Shown here one piece after another: positions 63,724 through 64,000 of a stretch of DNA of 64,000 nt. Numbering within the stretch: the stretch's first letter is position 1; every line of letters begins with the position of its first letter. The notes under the pieces are model-generated. The model saw nothing but the letters and a program-made list of their open reading frames with translations. It ran no database searches and was not told the DNA's origin. A program made the position numbers and the translations under genes. Origin of the DNA: Bryobacteraceae bacterium (GTDB lineage: Bacteria; Acidobacteriota; Terriglobia; Bryobacterales; Bryobacteraceae); contig JANRJO010000057.1 in NCBI GenBank assembly GCA_033763935.1, forward strand, positions 71,972 through 135,971. The letters run 5' to 3'.

Positions 63724-64000
63724 CTAACCCAGAGACCGGTAGATTCGAGGCGCCACACCGAACTCTGCGCGGACCGCGCGATTGAAATTCGAAAGGTCAC
63801 CGAAACCGCAATCCAAGGCAATGTCGAGGATCTTGGAAGTTTCGGTCCGGAGGCGCAACGCCGCCCGCCGGAGACGAGTTCGCATCAGATATTGGTGGGG
63901 AGTGGTTCCGGTCAGGGCTTCGAAGGTTCGGAGGAAGTGGTAGGGGCTGAGTTTGGCGGCGGCCGCGAGGGTGAGCAGCCGGTGCGGGGCGCCGGGCTCG
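63724..64000 (-). CDS. AraC-family transcriptional regulator, C-terminal HTH portion (3' end in window, 5' beyond window edge)
   Basis: Minus-strand translation ends ...ILDIALDCGFGDLSNFNRAVRAEFGVAPRIYRSLG*, the AraC HTH signature. Confidence 0.6.
   Translation of the reverse strand, partial: EPGAPHRLLTLAAAAKLSPYHFLRTFEALTGTTPHQYLMRTRLRRAALRLRTETSKILDIALDCGFGDLSNFNRAVRAEFGVAPRIYRSLG

Overview
High-GC (about 63-65 %) bacterial chromosome segment, 64 kb, densely coding on both strands. The gene content points to a Solibacter-like acidobacterium: a PEP-CTERM protein, several large secreted metalloproteases with Ig-like/carboxypeptidase-regulatory-like domains, one ending in a GLYQVNV-type tail that I recall as the Solibacter-specific C-terminal domain (TIGR03437, from memory), a YfhO-like membrane protein, and FHA-GAF-PP2C signalling. 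Recognisable housekeeping genes: ilvE, secA, rnj (RNase J), an ABC-F ATPase, fur/perR-ahpC-ahpD-tatA, hup (HU), recA, and hslVU with a lipoprotein gene fused to its tail. There are two tRNAs: a clean tRNA-Leu(TAG) and a tRNA-Val(CAC)-like gene whose acceptor stem does not pair. Accessory content includes a sulfatase-nagA pair, a GH13 amylase, an Nramp-UspA fusion transporter, a carbamoyltransferase-GT2-GT4 glycan-modification cluster, an SPFH protein, a CocE/NonD hydrolase, and a FecR-domain protein carrying a Trp-rich module and a tandem-repeat-encoded RGG/SR-rich tail. I found no CRISPR arrays, transposases or integrases. Most gene starts in the supplied ORF track are over-extended or fall on non-ATG codons (an ORF-caller artefact in high-GC DNA); I re-derived starts from signal peptides, SD motifs and ATGA/GTGA overlaps where I could. 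The most unusual loci, ranked: (i) a terminator-like hairpin with an embedded 17-codon leader ORF just upstream of rnj (possible attenuator); (ii) the FecR/Trp-rich/repeat protein; (iii) the defective tRNA-Val in a low-GC patch beside two uncharacterised membrane-protein genes and a TM-less SPFH gene; (iv) the Nramp-Usp fusion with a palindromic putative operator; (v) a metzincin translationally coupled to a small secreted protein. I cannot demonstrate that any of these is a novel system from sequence alone. Each is flagged with the test that would decide it.
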